Of a DNA stretch of 64,000 nucleotides, positions 9,402 through 17,748 are shown piece by piece. Numbering within the stretch: position 1 is the stretch's first letter; each line of letters begins with the position of its first letter. The stretch lies in IMG/VR virus record IMGVR_UViG_3300025684_000016, positions 10,842 through 74,841 of that record. One strand, 5' to 3'. The DNA is from a virus. Under the pieces are notes generated by a model. It saw only the letters and a list, made by a program, of their open reading frames with translations, did not search any database and was not told the DNA's origin. The position numbers were made by a program, and so were the translations under genes.

Positions 9402-9573
9402 GTGATTTAATTTCTTCTAATACTTCTTTCCTGTATACCGAAATTAGACTCTTTATCTCCTGAGCGTATTTACGAGCTCTTATGGATGCAGAACGATTTC
9501 CCTTGTCAAATACTTTATTAGTATCGACAGACATTTTCTCGACAAGATTTTTAATTTTGATTAACGTTTCCAT
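9391..9573 (-). CDS. Histone H1-like Hc1-family nucleoid protein
   Basis: 60 aa with KGNRSASIRARKYAQEIK, matching the KGNKAAGxRARK pattern of Bacteroidota Hc1-like proteins. Confidence 0.75.
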   Translation of the reverse strand: METLIKIKNLVEKMSVDTNKVFDKGNRSASIRARKYAQEIKSLISVYRKEVLEEIKSHDR

Positions 9574-9596
9574 ACTTATATTACGTTTTTGATAGT

Positions 9597-9625
9597 AATA
9601 TACGTAATTTTTTCTATTAGGTCAA
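9597..9625 (-). promoter_or_regulatory. Sigma70-like promoter
   Basis: TTGACC-17-TATATT upstream of the Hc1-like gene. Confidence 0.7.
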
Positions 9626-10057
9626 GTTCTTTTCTAATATTTTGTAGATTTCTGTTAGTACACCTAACTCTGGTCTCGTTTTTTTGTGTTTGTAGTTAAA
9701 TAACTTAAAAAGGTACTCTTTTAGATTAGTTTCTTCACCATCCATTTGTGCATGGTAGAAAGTCTCCATAAAAAAAGTCCAAAAATATTCATAGTGGATA
9801 CCTCTTTCTTTAAAGACGATTCTTTCCTTTTTAAAATTGTTGATTGTTTTGTCCCAACACCACGTAAAGTGTCCTTTTTGGTTGAGTTCCTCATCCATTA
9901 CATCAACCCCCAAATAAGTCCTATCCATTAAAGTGTGGATGGAATCGAGGAAATCATAAAATAAAATGATTTTTTCTGTGGATATGTCGTAAGCACGGTA
10001 CCAAACTTCAGTCTGTTTACCGTAATTCTCATTATCAATCAAATGGTTCTCATTCAT
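9617..10057 (-). CDS. Hypothetical protein (146 aa, aromatic-rich)
   Basis: ORF with its own upstream promoter-like element. Confidence 0.75.
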   Translation of the reverse strand: MNENHLIDNENYGKQTEVWYRAYDISTEKIILFYDFLDSIHTLMDRTYLGVDVMDEELNQKGHFTWCWDKTINNFKKERIVFKERGIHYEYFWTFFMETFYHAQMDGEETNLKEYLFKLFNYKHKKTRPELGVLTEIYKILEKNLT

Positions 10058-10084
10058 CTCTCTTATTTGTTTTCTATACTATAG

Positions 10085-10113
10085 AATATACACATAAAAG
10101 AGTTTAAAAACAA
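10085..10113 (-). promoter_or_regulatory. Sigma70-like promoter
   Basis: TTGTTT-17-TATATT. Confidence 0.55.
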
Positions 10114-10117
10114 TGGG

Positions 10118-11218
10118 TTATTGAGTCTTTTCGTTGTAAGAGAACATTTTTTTCATTTTACTGATCTCTTCCTGTAAAACATTCCCAACCTCACTTGTTT
10201 CTTCTTTAAGTTCTTTTACTGGTTGTACATCCTTAACATACATAGGTGCCTTTTCTTTGACCTCTTTTCTTCTTTCAGCTGTCTTGTGAAGATTCTTACC
10301 TGTTTCTGTTTCAATTGTATTTCCTCCGTCAGCATTACCCATAGTTGAATCACCCTCTAAAGATTTCTTAAGTCTTTCTTTAAATTCTTCACTTGGTTCA
10401 TGATCATAATCTAAGTCTAATGGATTCTCACCTCTTGAGTTTTCCATTTCTTCATTTTCCTCTTCAGTATTATGAACTACTTTCTTATCACCTTTACCAT
10501 TAGCCTTAGGGAATTCAGGATTGTCTCCACCTTCGATAGTTAATGTGTCTTTAATTTTTTTATCTACGGTTTTCATATGTTCCGCAGTTTCTTTTTTGTT
10601 CGCTTTATGTACGTCATCCACTTCTCTAACACCAGGTACATTTGACTTTGACTCTTTAACCATTTTTGTTACCATATCAATCATTTGTGATTCTGTTAAA
10701 CGTAAAACTCTTTTTCTACTTTCATTTACAGACTCTTCCTCTTCCATCGCTCCACATTCACAAAGACCATTACCACACTTTTCACATTCGATTTCTGTAA
10801 TGTCAAAATCTTCATTAGTGTCACCCTGTCTTATGTCTTCAAGATCAGACGCTTCGATTTTACCATCGTTATCAACATCTAATTTGTGTTGGTCACCATG
10901 TAACTTTTCTTCGATTGATTGGTTTTCTTTCATGTTTTCTATGTCTTTTTCTTCACCCAACTCATCTAACCTACTGATTAGTTCTTCTTGGGATTCAAAT
11001 GTTTCAACCTCAACAACATAATCTTTGTCAGGGTTATTTTTATTATATTCTTCACATTTTTGATCTGCTTCATCTTTAGATTCACAAACCTCAATATATT
11101 CACCCTCACATTTAATACAATGTGCGGTTTTTTCACCCTTACTTTCGTTAAGGATTCTACTTTTAATCTCCTTAGAGATGGTTTCTTCGATAATTTTATC
11201 TAATTCTGAAACTTTCAT
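10118..11218 (-). CDS. Acidic putative head/internal virion protein with an EF-hand-like loop
   Basis: DVDNDGKIEASDL Dx(D/N)xDG loop, CxxC...CxC, LRLTESQM motif, several (I/L/V)xE(S/E) sites; late motif upstream. Confidence 0.6.
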   Translation of the reverse strand: MKVSELDKIIEETISKEIKSRILNESKGEKTAHCIKCEGEYIEVCESKDEADQKCEEYNKNNPDKDYVVEVETFESQEELISRLDELGEEKDIENMKENQSIEEKLHGDQHKLDVDNDGKIEASDLEDIRQGDTNEDFDITEIECEKCGNGLCECGAMEEEESVNESRKRVLRLTESQMIDMVTKMVKESKSNVPGVREVDDVHKANKKETAEHMKTVDKKIKDTLTIEGGDNPEFPKANGKGDKKVVHNTEEENEEMENSRGENPLDLDYDHEPSEEFKERLKKSLEGDSTMGNADGGNTIETETGKNLHKTAERRKEVKEKAPMYVKDVQPVKELKEETSEVGNVLQEEISKMKKMFSYNEKTQ

Positions 11219-11219
11219 A

Positions 11220-11732
11220 TTATATAAATATACGTTTTATCTCTTTTATCACTAATTTCTCAACCTCTTTGAATGGTAATCCGTATTTTTTTGAGATTTC
11301 CTTCACCGATTCATTTAATTGGTCGTTTTCGTAAAATTCGAGGTTATTTAATCCAACACCCTGATTACAGTAAGGAAACTTTTTACACTTCTCCTTAATT
11401 GACACATAAACACCGTCAGGTCCACCCCACATTGGGAATTTCTTTTTCCTCATGGTCTTCATTCTCTTCTTAATTGTCTTTTCACCACCGATTTTTAGTG
11501 GGTTACCACCTGACCCATCACCAAAAGGTGCATCGTACATAGCACCAGCAGATACTCCAGCAGTCATCGCTTCGGTGAACTCACCTTCCTCAACATCTTC
11601 CTCAACTTCATCTTCGTTGTACTTTTTCTTGTTGTGTACTTTATATATCTCCTTTTTAGTTACAAATCCCATAGGTGCTGAGAAGGATCCTGAAGATCCT
11701 GCCATTGTTTGTTCTGTTGATTCTTTTTTCAT
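11220..11732 (-). CDS. Hypothetical protein (170 aa) with KCKKFPYCNQG motif
   Basis: ORF coupled to its neighbours. Confidence 0.7.
   Translation of the reverse strand: MKKESTEQTMAGSSGSFSAPMGFVTKKEIYKVHNKKKYNEDEVEEDVEEGEFTEAMTAGVSAGAMYDAPFGDGSGGNPLKIGGEKTIKKRMKTMRKKKFPMWGGPDGVYVSIKEKCKKFPYCNQGVGLNNLEFYENDQLNESVKEISKKYGLPFKEVEKLVIKEIKRIFI
11223..11230 (-). promoter_or_regulatory. Putative late promoter motif TATTTATA
   Basis: 4 nt upstream of ATG 11218, embedded in the last codons of the upstream gene. Confidence 0.6.
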
Positions 11733-11971
11733 TATCTAACGTTTTTAAGTGGTGATTCCCAAAAAGACTTACGTTGCCAAAGTTGTTTAAATAACTCCAC
11801 AACCACTTTAGTTGATAATTCAACCACCTTACCGTTTATGTCTCTCGTACCCATTTCCTTTTTAATGACATCAATCACTATTTTATGTGCTTGAGTACCA
11901 TCAAGGAAAGTTTTAATCTCTTTCTTGACAATTCTTTCAATATCTTTCTTATCTGTGTCTGTAAGTGCCAT
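11732..11971 (-). CDS. Hypothetical protein (79 aa)
   Basis: Helical ORF, TAATG overlap with the next gene. Confidence 0.7.
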   Translation of the reverse strand: MALTDTDKKDIERIVKKEIKTFLDGTQAHKIVIDVIKKEMGTRDINGKVVELSTKVVVELFKQLWQRKSFWESPLKNVR

Positions 11972-11972
11972 G

Positions 11973-12482
11973 TTAGTCTATTCGTCTTTCAGAGATTAAG
12001 TCATTCATAGAATCAGAAAAGACATCTTCGAATTTTAAAAGTTTCTCAGTCGACTCTAACACATCATAACTAACCTTTAACATACTCGTGTTTAAGTATG
12101 TGCCTTTATTTACACCCGCAATGATCACGAAATTTAAACCTACATCAGGTAGTACACCGTCTAACCTCACCGAACCACCCTCTATGGTGATGCCAGGTCT
12201 TAGATCACCCAAATCTGATACCTGAGTACCAAAGTTCTTTATAACGTCGGATATGACCTTCTTTTGTGGGTCCTTTAATTCTAAATCCTCTTTAGAGTCA
12301 GCAATTAACCTAACCTCAACACCGTCAACTACAATAACAGTGTCTTTCATTTGTTTTTCCTCTTCTTGTTCGTTTAAAGTTTTTACACCTCTACTCGACG
12401 ACTCATTGAGTTGTCTAAGAGTATCTAACATTTTTTTTGTCTTATCGTAATTCATATGTGTATTATATTTCATTTTCCACAA
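11973..12482 (-). CDS. Hypothetical protein (true start may be a downstream Met)
   Basis: ORF within the operon; LNES/LNEQ motifs near the N-terminus. Confidence 0.7.
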   Translation of the reverse strand: MWKMKYNTHMNYDKTKKMLDTLRQLNESSSRGVKTLNEQEEEKQMKDTVIVVDGVEVRLIADSKEDLELKDPQKKVISDVIKNFGTQVSDLGDLRPGITIEGGSVRLDGVLPDVGLNFVIIAGVNKGTYLNTSMLKVSYDVLESTEKLLKFEDVFSDSMNDLISERRID

Positions 12483-13068
12483 ACATTTTAAAATTGAATG
12501 ATGGGTTTATATCTGTATAAATATTTGAAAAATTCGATTTACAAACAATTCCACCTAATTTATCGATATTTTCTATAATTCCGTTAGTTGGAACTACGTG
12601 TTTTTTGATGTCATACTCCTCACAGAGGTGGTCACACAGGGAAATTAAGGTTTTTATTTGTTCAGGATTATATCGATCCCAATAAAACTTTTCTCTCCAA
12701 CTCCTTATAAATGGTTCAGTTCTGTACGGATCTCCAATCCAATTTGAAAAAAACCCCGTTATTGTATTTTTATTTAACCACCCAAGATTCTCGATTGCAA
12801 TCTTAATTTGCTGTCTGTCGATTTTGTCAATGTCAAAAGTCTTAGACGAATATTTTACATCTAAGACTTTATATATGTCGCCCGACTTACTAATAATGAA
12901 GTGTGGAATATCTTCGTATTCACCATTTCTTCGAAATTTGATTTTTTTAACAAAATCATCTATTCGTCTTTTAGTATCATATAATAGAATTTGTTTCTTC
13001 TTATACGATCTTTTAGAATGGTTTAGGTCGTCCTTATTAATTATTTCTACGTCTCGAATTCCCAACAT
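12463..13068 (-). CDS. N-acetylmuramoyl-L-alanine amidase-like (Amidase_2/PGRP fold), catalytic residues apparently divergent
   Basis: [44 protein letters not shown] and TDINPSF match the Amidase_2 layout. Confidence 0.7.
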   Translation of the reverse strand: MLGIRDVEIINKDDLNHSKRSYKKKQILLYDTKRRIDDFVKKIKFRRNGEYEDIPHFIISKSGDIYKVLDVKYSSKTFDIDKIDRQQIKIAIENLGWLNKNTITGFFSNWIGDPYRTEPFIRSWREKFYWDRYNPEQIKTLISLCDHLCEEYDIKKHVVPTNGIIENIDKLGGIVCKSNFSNIYTDINPSFNFKMFVENEI

Positions 13069-13357
13069 TTCTTCTAATTACTTTTTGACCAACCTTCATA
13101 AAAGGTTCTAATGGAATATCCCTATTTACCGTAGGTTCCAAATACAATTCATCAACATAAATAGTTGGTGTCGGAGTTGCACTTGGAAATGGAGTACTAC
13201 TTGGTGTTGGTGTAGGGTTCTCCGTTGATTGTGGAGTGGACGTTGGTCCTTCAGTTTGTGAAGGTATTGGTGTTGGGTTCTCCGTTGGAAATGGTGTTGG
13301 ACTACTGAAAGGTGTTGAACTTAATGTCGGACTTGGGGTTTCGGTAGTTTCTATTAT
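13037..13357 (-). CDS. Start-less 106-codon ORF: predicted -1 frameshift extension of the 437-aa membrane protein
   Basis: After the A11 run, the -1 frame reads [106 protein letters not shown]. Confidence 0.75.
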   Translation of the reverse strand: MIETTETPSPTLSSTPFSSPTPFPTENPTPIPSQTEGPTSTPQSTENPTPTPSSTPFPSATPTPTIYVDELYLEPTVNRDIPLEPFMKVGQKVIRRNVGNSRRRNN

Positions 13358-14667
13358 TTTTTTTTTTCGGGATCATCGTTTGTGATGTCCTTAGTTGTTT
13401 CGTTGATTGGTTCCTTAAAAATGAAATTAGGTTCGGGGGTTGGTGGTTCAAACCTCACCTGTGGAACTTCTTTAATTTCAACATCAACACTAAACTCAGG
13501 ACCATTATTATTAGGTAACTCGTCCAACACAACATTAACCTCTTTAAGTTTTTCTGTTGGTGTTGTTATTTGACCCGTATTTAAATCCAATTCTGCCGTT
13601 TCAACCACGTCAGGTAGTTGTTCCTTATTTACCTCTCTATATTTTTCTATAGGTACACCATTAACGTGTTGTGGTGTCTTAGACGATAAAACCAAATTAT
13701 AATCCTTATCAGGTTCTGTATCAGTTGTGTATTCTATATTTTCATTGAATTGGTGTGTAGATGGTTCTATTGTTTCTGGTTCATTAACTTCAATGTCTTT
13801 GACCATATCATTTAAAACCATATCCAACGCATGATCCTCATCCCACTTATCATCTACGTCAGTTTCAGTCTGACTATCTTCATATGGAATATCATCTAAA
13901 CCATCATTAATTGTAGTGTCGAAATCTTTGTAGTCTTCTTCCGTTGGTTCAGGTCCATCATTTAACCATGATGGTGGTTCAGGTGTTTTATTTCTTTCAG
14001 TGTCGTAATAGTGTTCACTTTTAGGTTCTTCTTCATCAGAGACTTTGGTCTTGGGTTTAGATAATATCTCATTTAATTTATCCAACTCCTCTGTTGTTGG
14101 TCGATATCTTGCAATCTCACCAACTAAATCAGATGCCTGTATTGGGTCTTCTTTAGGTTCGGTACTTGATTTGTCTTTTGTTTCATTAGAAAGTGTTCTC
14201 TCTTCATTAAACTTAACTAACATGTGAAGGAAAGATAACGATATCAGTGGTAACATACCCCCCGAAAATATAGCAAGAAAACGTCTATGTGATTGTAAAT
14301 TATCTTGTTCAACACCAACATATTCCAATATTGGACCTGTTAGATCAACCCATGATAAAAATTGTGCAGATGAAATATCAATGTATTCGAATGCGAAGAA
14401 TATATTCCCAACAAACTGAATTATTGTTACAATACCGAATGGTACGTAAACTTTAGAACCCATATTGACCGATATTGCCGCCAATGCAGATAACGCAGCA
14501 ATTTCAATACCTATTGAAAGATATAATGCCCACGACATAGGGTTTGACATTCCATACCACCCCGTTACGTGTGATATTGACACAATTGCAACCGTAATGA
14601 TAGGAACAAGAAACGCTACGTAGATAATTGTTTTAAAATTTCTACTAAACCAATTCGTACCCTTCAT
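13354..14667 (-). CDS. Four-TM membrane protein with long acidic disordered C-terminus (holin-like position)
   Basis: Four hydrophobic segments in the first ~155 aa; lies between a lipoprotein-like gene and an amidase-like gene. Confidence 0.75.
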   Translation of the reverse strand: MKGTNWFSRNFKTIIYVAFLVPIITVAIVSISHVTGWYGMSNPMSWALYLSIGIEIAALSALAAISVNMGSKVYVPFGIVTIIQFVGNIFFAFEYIDISSAQFLSWVDLTGPILEYVGVEQDNLQSHRRFLAIFSGGMLPLISLSFLHMLVKFNEERTLSNETKDKSSTEPKEDPIQASDLVGEIARYRPTTEELDKLNEILSKPKTKVSDEEEPKSEHYYDTERNKTPEPPSWLNDGPEPTEEDYKDFDTTINDGLDDIPYEDSQTETDVDDKWDEDHALDMVLNDMVKDIEVNEPETIEPSTHQFNENIEYTTDTEPDKDYNLVLSSKTPQHVNGVPIEKYREVNKEQLPDVVETAELDLNTGQITTPTEKLKEVNVVLDELPNNNGPEFSVDVEIKEVPQVRFEPPTPEPNFIFKEPINETTKDITNDDPEKKK

Positions 14668-14668
14668 A

Positions 14669-14971
14669 TTATTTTTTTAATTCACTTTCTAAGGATTCAA
14701 GTTCTTTCTCGATCTGACTTTGTCTTTGTAAATCAAACATTTTTCTGTCAGTTGCCTGTATCATTCTATGTTCACTTTTTAAACCTTCAATCTTTAATCT
14801 AAGATCAATCTCATCCTTAGTAAATGTGTGATTTTCGTTATATTCTTTTAAGTCTCTCATTTCTTTTTTGATTGAGGACATTTCTCTACTATCACCACAA
14901 CCTCTAAAGAATGTAAATATTAGTACAACAAATACAATAACGTTAAAATACTTTTCTATAAAATTTTTCAT
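14669..14971 (-). CDS. Membrane-anchored/lipoprotein coiled-coil protein (spanin-like candidate)
   Basis: N-terminal hydrophobic helix ending FFRGC, followed by a coiled coil. Confidence 0.6.
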   Translation of the reverse strand: MKNFIEKYFNVIVFVVLIFTFFRGCGDSREMSSIKKEMRDLKEYNENHTFTKDEIDLRLKIEGLKSEHRMIQATDRKMFDLQRQSQIEKELESLESELKK

Positions 14972-14987
14972 AATTCTTATTTTACCT

Positions 14988-15791
14988 TTATAAATAGTTT
15001 AATAGAGTAAAACTCTCATTTCTTAATTTCTTCATCGCCTTTTCTTTCAACTGTCGAATACGTTCTTTGGTACAACCAAACTGTTCACCGAGATCTTCTA
15101 AATTACATTCGACACCATCCAAACCAAAGTACTTAGTTATGATGATCTTTTCCTTTTCATTCAACAGATCCAATAACTTTCTCACCTGTTCTTTTGTTTC
15201 GTCTTGATTAATAACATACGATTCAGGACTAAACGAGTCATGATTTACGATGATATCAATTAATTCATCACCCTCATCATTAATGGGTGTGCTTAAATTT
15301 ACACATTTTGGTATTGAAAGTGTAGGGATCTCGAGAAGTTTTTCGGGATTTTCATATTCATCAAAGAATAACTTTTTAAGTTTCTGTTGTTCTTGTATAA
15401 TATTAGATGGGATACGTATTGTTCTTGAGTTATCATTTAGAGAGGACATTATTGCCTGTCTTATCCACCACACCGCATATGAAATAAATTTGATTTTCCT
15501 TTTAGGGTCAAACTGTTCTGCCGCCTTAATTAAACCTATGTTACCTTCAGAAATTAAATCAGGTAGATCCAACCCCTGATTTTGAAAGTTTTTAGCAACT
15601 GAGATAACAAATCTCAAATTACCTAATACTAACTGCTTTAAAAGATCCTCCCTTTCTTTTGACGAAATATTTGTTTTCTGTAATCCCTTTACTATTAATG
15701 TTAATCTTTGTTTATCAGAAACAGGTAATTTTTTGATGTCTTTAAGATAGAACTGGATCTCTTCTGTGTTTAGGAAATTTGTGTTTTGCAT
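14988..15791 (-). CDS. RpoD/sigma70-family RNA polymerase sigma factor
   Basis: Region 1.2 YLKDI; region 2 NLRFVISVAK, DLISEGNIGLIKAAEQFD, KFISYAVWWIRQAI; region 4 HTH LEDLGEQFGCTKERIRQ; no region 1.1. Confidence 0.95.
   Translation of the reverse strand: MQNTNFLNTEEIQFYLKDIKKLPVSDKQRLTLIVKGLQKTNISSKEREDLLKQLVLGNLRFVISVAKNFQNQGLDLPDLISEGNIGLIKAAEQFDPKRKIKFISYAVWWIRQAIMSSLNDNSRTIRIPSNIIQEQQKLKKLFFDEYENPEKLLEIPTLSIPKCVNLSTPINDEGDELIDIIVNHDSFSPESYVINQDETKEQVRKLLDLLNEKEKIIITKYFGLDGVECNLEDLGEQFGCTKERIRQLKEKAMKKLRNESFTLLNYL
14989..14996 (-). promoter_or_regulatory. Putative late promoter motif TATTTATA
   Basis: Overlaps the sigma gene's last codons (..NYL*), 17 nt upstream of ATG 14971. Confidence 0.55.
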
Positions 15792-15850
15792 GAATGAACG
15801 GGTTTTTTTATTAGGTGAACGAAATATTATACTAAAATAACGATATTTTA

Positions 15851-16291
15851 TCAGTCCTCAAAATTATCTAAGAACTTTTTTTCATCAATTGATAAACTTT
15901 CAATACCATCCTTATTTATTTTTTCAAGTAGATCATCTATATCCATAGATATAGGTTGTTTTTGGTACTCAATCCGTAGGTATTGGTCTTCTATTTTTTC
16001 GAAGATAAATTCTTTTACTTTTTGAGGTAAGTGTGCCGCAACAACATCATTAATGTCAAACATAAAATAGAACTTAACTTCTGGTGCCTCTAAAACTTTG
16101 TGAAGTGACTCAGCAAACTTATCAGTGTCAACCTCAGTTTCTACTAAAACTATTAAGTTTTTACTATTCTCCACTAAATATTTAACTGATTTTACCATTT
16201 CGTGTTCTCCGATTACTGAAAGACAGAAGAACTCAATATCTTCCATATCATCAAATAATCCATATAGAAAGATTGTATACGTTTTTGACAT
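15851..16291 (-). CDS. Hypothetical protein with C-terminal DUF6576-like motif
   Basis: C-terminus IDDLLEKINKDGIESLSIDEKKFL resembles the LDKI..G..SL...EK.FL motif. Confidence 0.65.
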   Translation of the reverse strand: MSKTYTIFLYGLFDDMEDIEFFCLSVIGEHEMVKSVKYLVENSKNLIVLVETEVDTDKFAESLHKVLEAPEVKFYFMFDINDVVAAHLPQKVKEFIFEKIEDQYLRIEYQKQPISMDIDDLLEKINKDGIESLSIDEKKFLDNFED

Positions 16292-16993
16292 TTATTTTTT
16301 GTTTAAATTAATTTTCCAAAAGATTCCACCACCGATGTAAGGTACCACACCATCTACTCCGTTGGTTTGTACACCTAAATTTAATTGATACAATTTATCA
16401 GACTTTGTCTTTAATATAAGACCACCTGATGCCGTTGAGAATATATCTTGTTTGTTTCCACCAAGATTAAAACCATAGTAAAGTTGTGTTTTAGGTAAAT
16501 CCTTCACTATTGTTGTGTTATATATAGTAGGAACTTCAAAATTCCAAACAACGTCCCTACTTAATACTTTATTTTGTGTTATAGTATCAGTAATAACCCC
16601 AAAACCTAATGTTGGATTTGGTTTAGTACCAATCGAATCTATTGTGATTTCAGGTGCAAACTCATAAGTTAACCTTAAGGTATCTTTAGTTACAAACTTA
16701 GAATAATAGTCCTTAATAATTTGTAGAGAGTCAACGTGTGTTGGTATTTTAACTATCTTCTCAACAACCCTGTCAACGTATTTAGGTACGTATGTAGGTA
16801 CTTCAACACGTTTTTCAACAAAAACAGTATCAATGGTTTTATCCACCAATTCATACTTTTTACCATCCACCTTAACGATTTCTTTAGTTCCTTGTGGTGT
16901 ATCACCACATCCCCTTAAGAGGAGGAATATAATAAGTCCGACAATGATTATTGTCTTTATATCGAGTTTAAAAAAATTGTTAGATAGTCCCAT
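16292..16993 (-). CDS. Membrane-anchored/lipoprotein with C-terminal amphipathic beta-strands
   Basis: IIIVGLIIFLLLRGC lipobox-like N-terminus; C-terminal strands LYYGFNLGG, LYQLNLGV, YIGGGIFWKI. Confidence 0.65.
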   Translation of the reverse strand: MGLSNNFFKLDIKTIIIVGLIIFLLLRGCGDTPQGTKEIVKVDGKKYELVDKTIDTVFVEKRVEVPTYVPKYVDRVVEKIVKIPTHVDSLQIIKDYYSKFVTKDTLRLTYEFAPEITIDSIGTKPNPTLGFGVITDTITQNKVLSRDVVWNFEVPTIYNTTIVKDLPKTQLYYGFNLGGNKQDIFSTASGGLILKTKSDKLYQLNLGVQTNGVDGVVPYIGGGIFWKINLNKK

Positions 16994-16997
16994 AACT

Positions 16998-17005
16998 TAT
17001 AAATA
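16998..17005 (-). promoter_or_regulatory. Putative late promoter motif TATTTATA
   Basis: 4 nt upstream of ATG 16993. Confidence 0.6.
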
Positions 17006-17007
17006 CA

Positions 17008-17682
17008 TTATTTTTTTTTATTAACAATGTCGTCAATAATTCCATACTTAAGTGCTTCAGTTGAAGATAACCACAAATCTCTTTTTGAGTCATTCTTTAC
17101 TGTCTCAGCTGGTTTACTACAATATTCACCAAGTAGATCAAACAGTTGATCATTCAATTTCTTCCACTCAACCATGTCGATTTCCGCGTCTTGTATGTTA
17201 CCACTAAAACCACCACTCGATTGGTGTAACATAGTTCTTGAGAACCTTAGAGAACTTCTTTTCCCTTTAGTTCCCGCACCTAATAGTATCGAACCCATTG
17301 ATGCTGCCATACCTGTGTTGACGGTACGAATATCTGAGACCACATAGTCCATTATATCCACCATAGATAAACCTGACTTAACAGATCCACCGGGTGAGTC
17401 AATATGCATTGTGATATCATTATTATCAATACTATCAAGGAACATTAATTGTGCTTGAACTATTGTTGACATCTGATCATTAACAGGTCCTGCAACCCAA
17501 ATAATCCTTTCCATCATTAGTCTTGAGAAGACATCCATTGCAGTTACGTTGAGTTGTCTCTCCTCAAGAATGTAAGGTGTTAGGTTGTTTTCAATTTGTT
17601 TATTATAGTAATGTAAGTCTAAAGAACTTATTTTGTGGTCTTTAGCATACAGATCAAAGTTTTTGAATTCTTTTGATATCAT
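17008..17682 (-). CDS. clpP: ATP-dependent Clp protease proteolytic subunit
   Basis: DVFSRLMMERII, IDSPGGSV, MAASMGS (catalytic Ser), MLHQ (His), RDLWLS. Confidence 0.95.
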   Translation of the reverse strand: MISKEFKNFDLYAKDHKISSLDLHYYNKQIENNLTPYILEERQLNVTAMDVFSRLMMERIIWVAGPVNDQMSTIVQAQLMFLDSIDNNDITMHIDSPGGSVKSGLSMVDIMDYVVSDIRTVNTGMAASMGSILLGAGTKGKRSSLRFSRTMLHQSSGGFSGNIQDAEIDMVEWKKLNDQLFDLLGEYCSKPAETVKNDSKRDLWLSSTEALKYGIIDDIVNKKK

Positions 17683-17699
17683 AATTAATTTATTTGTTT

Positions 17700-17730
17700 C
17701 AAAGTTAAAATAATAATTCTATTATACAAG
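17700..17730 (-). promoter_or_regulatory. Bacteroidota-type housekeeping promoter (-33/-7)
   Basis: CTTG-19 nt-TAACTTTG, matching the (T)TTG-N19-21-TAnnTTTG consensus, upstream of clpP. Confidence 0.6.
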
Positions 17731-17748
17731 TATTTTTTTAAGATTTTT

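Noticed and set aside
17005-17022. A9 run before the clpP stop as a second frameshift site
   Set aside because: The -1 frame closes after about four codons, and ClpP is already complete.
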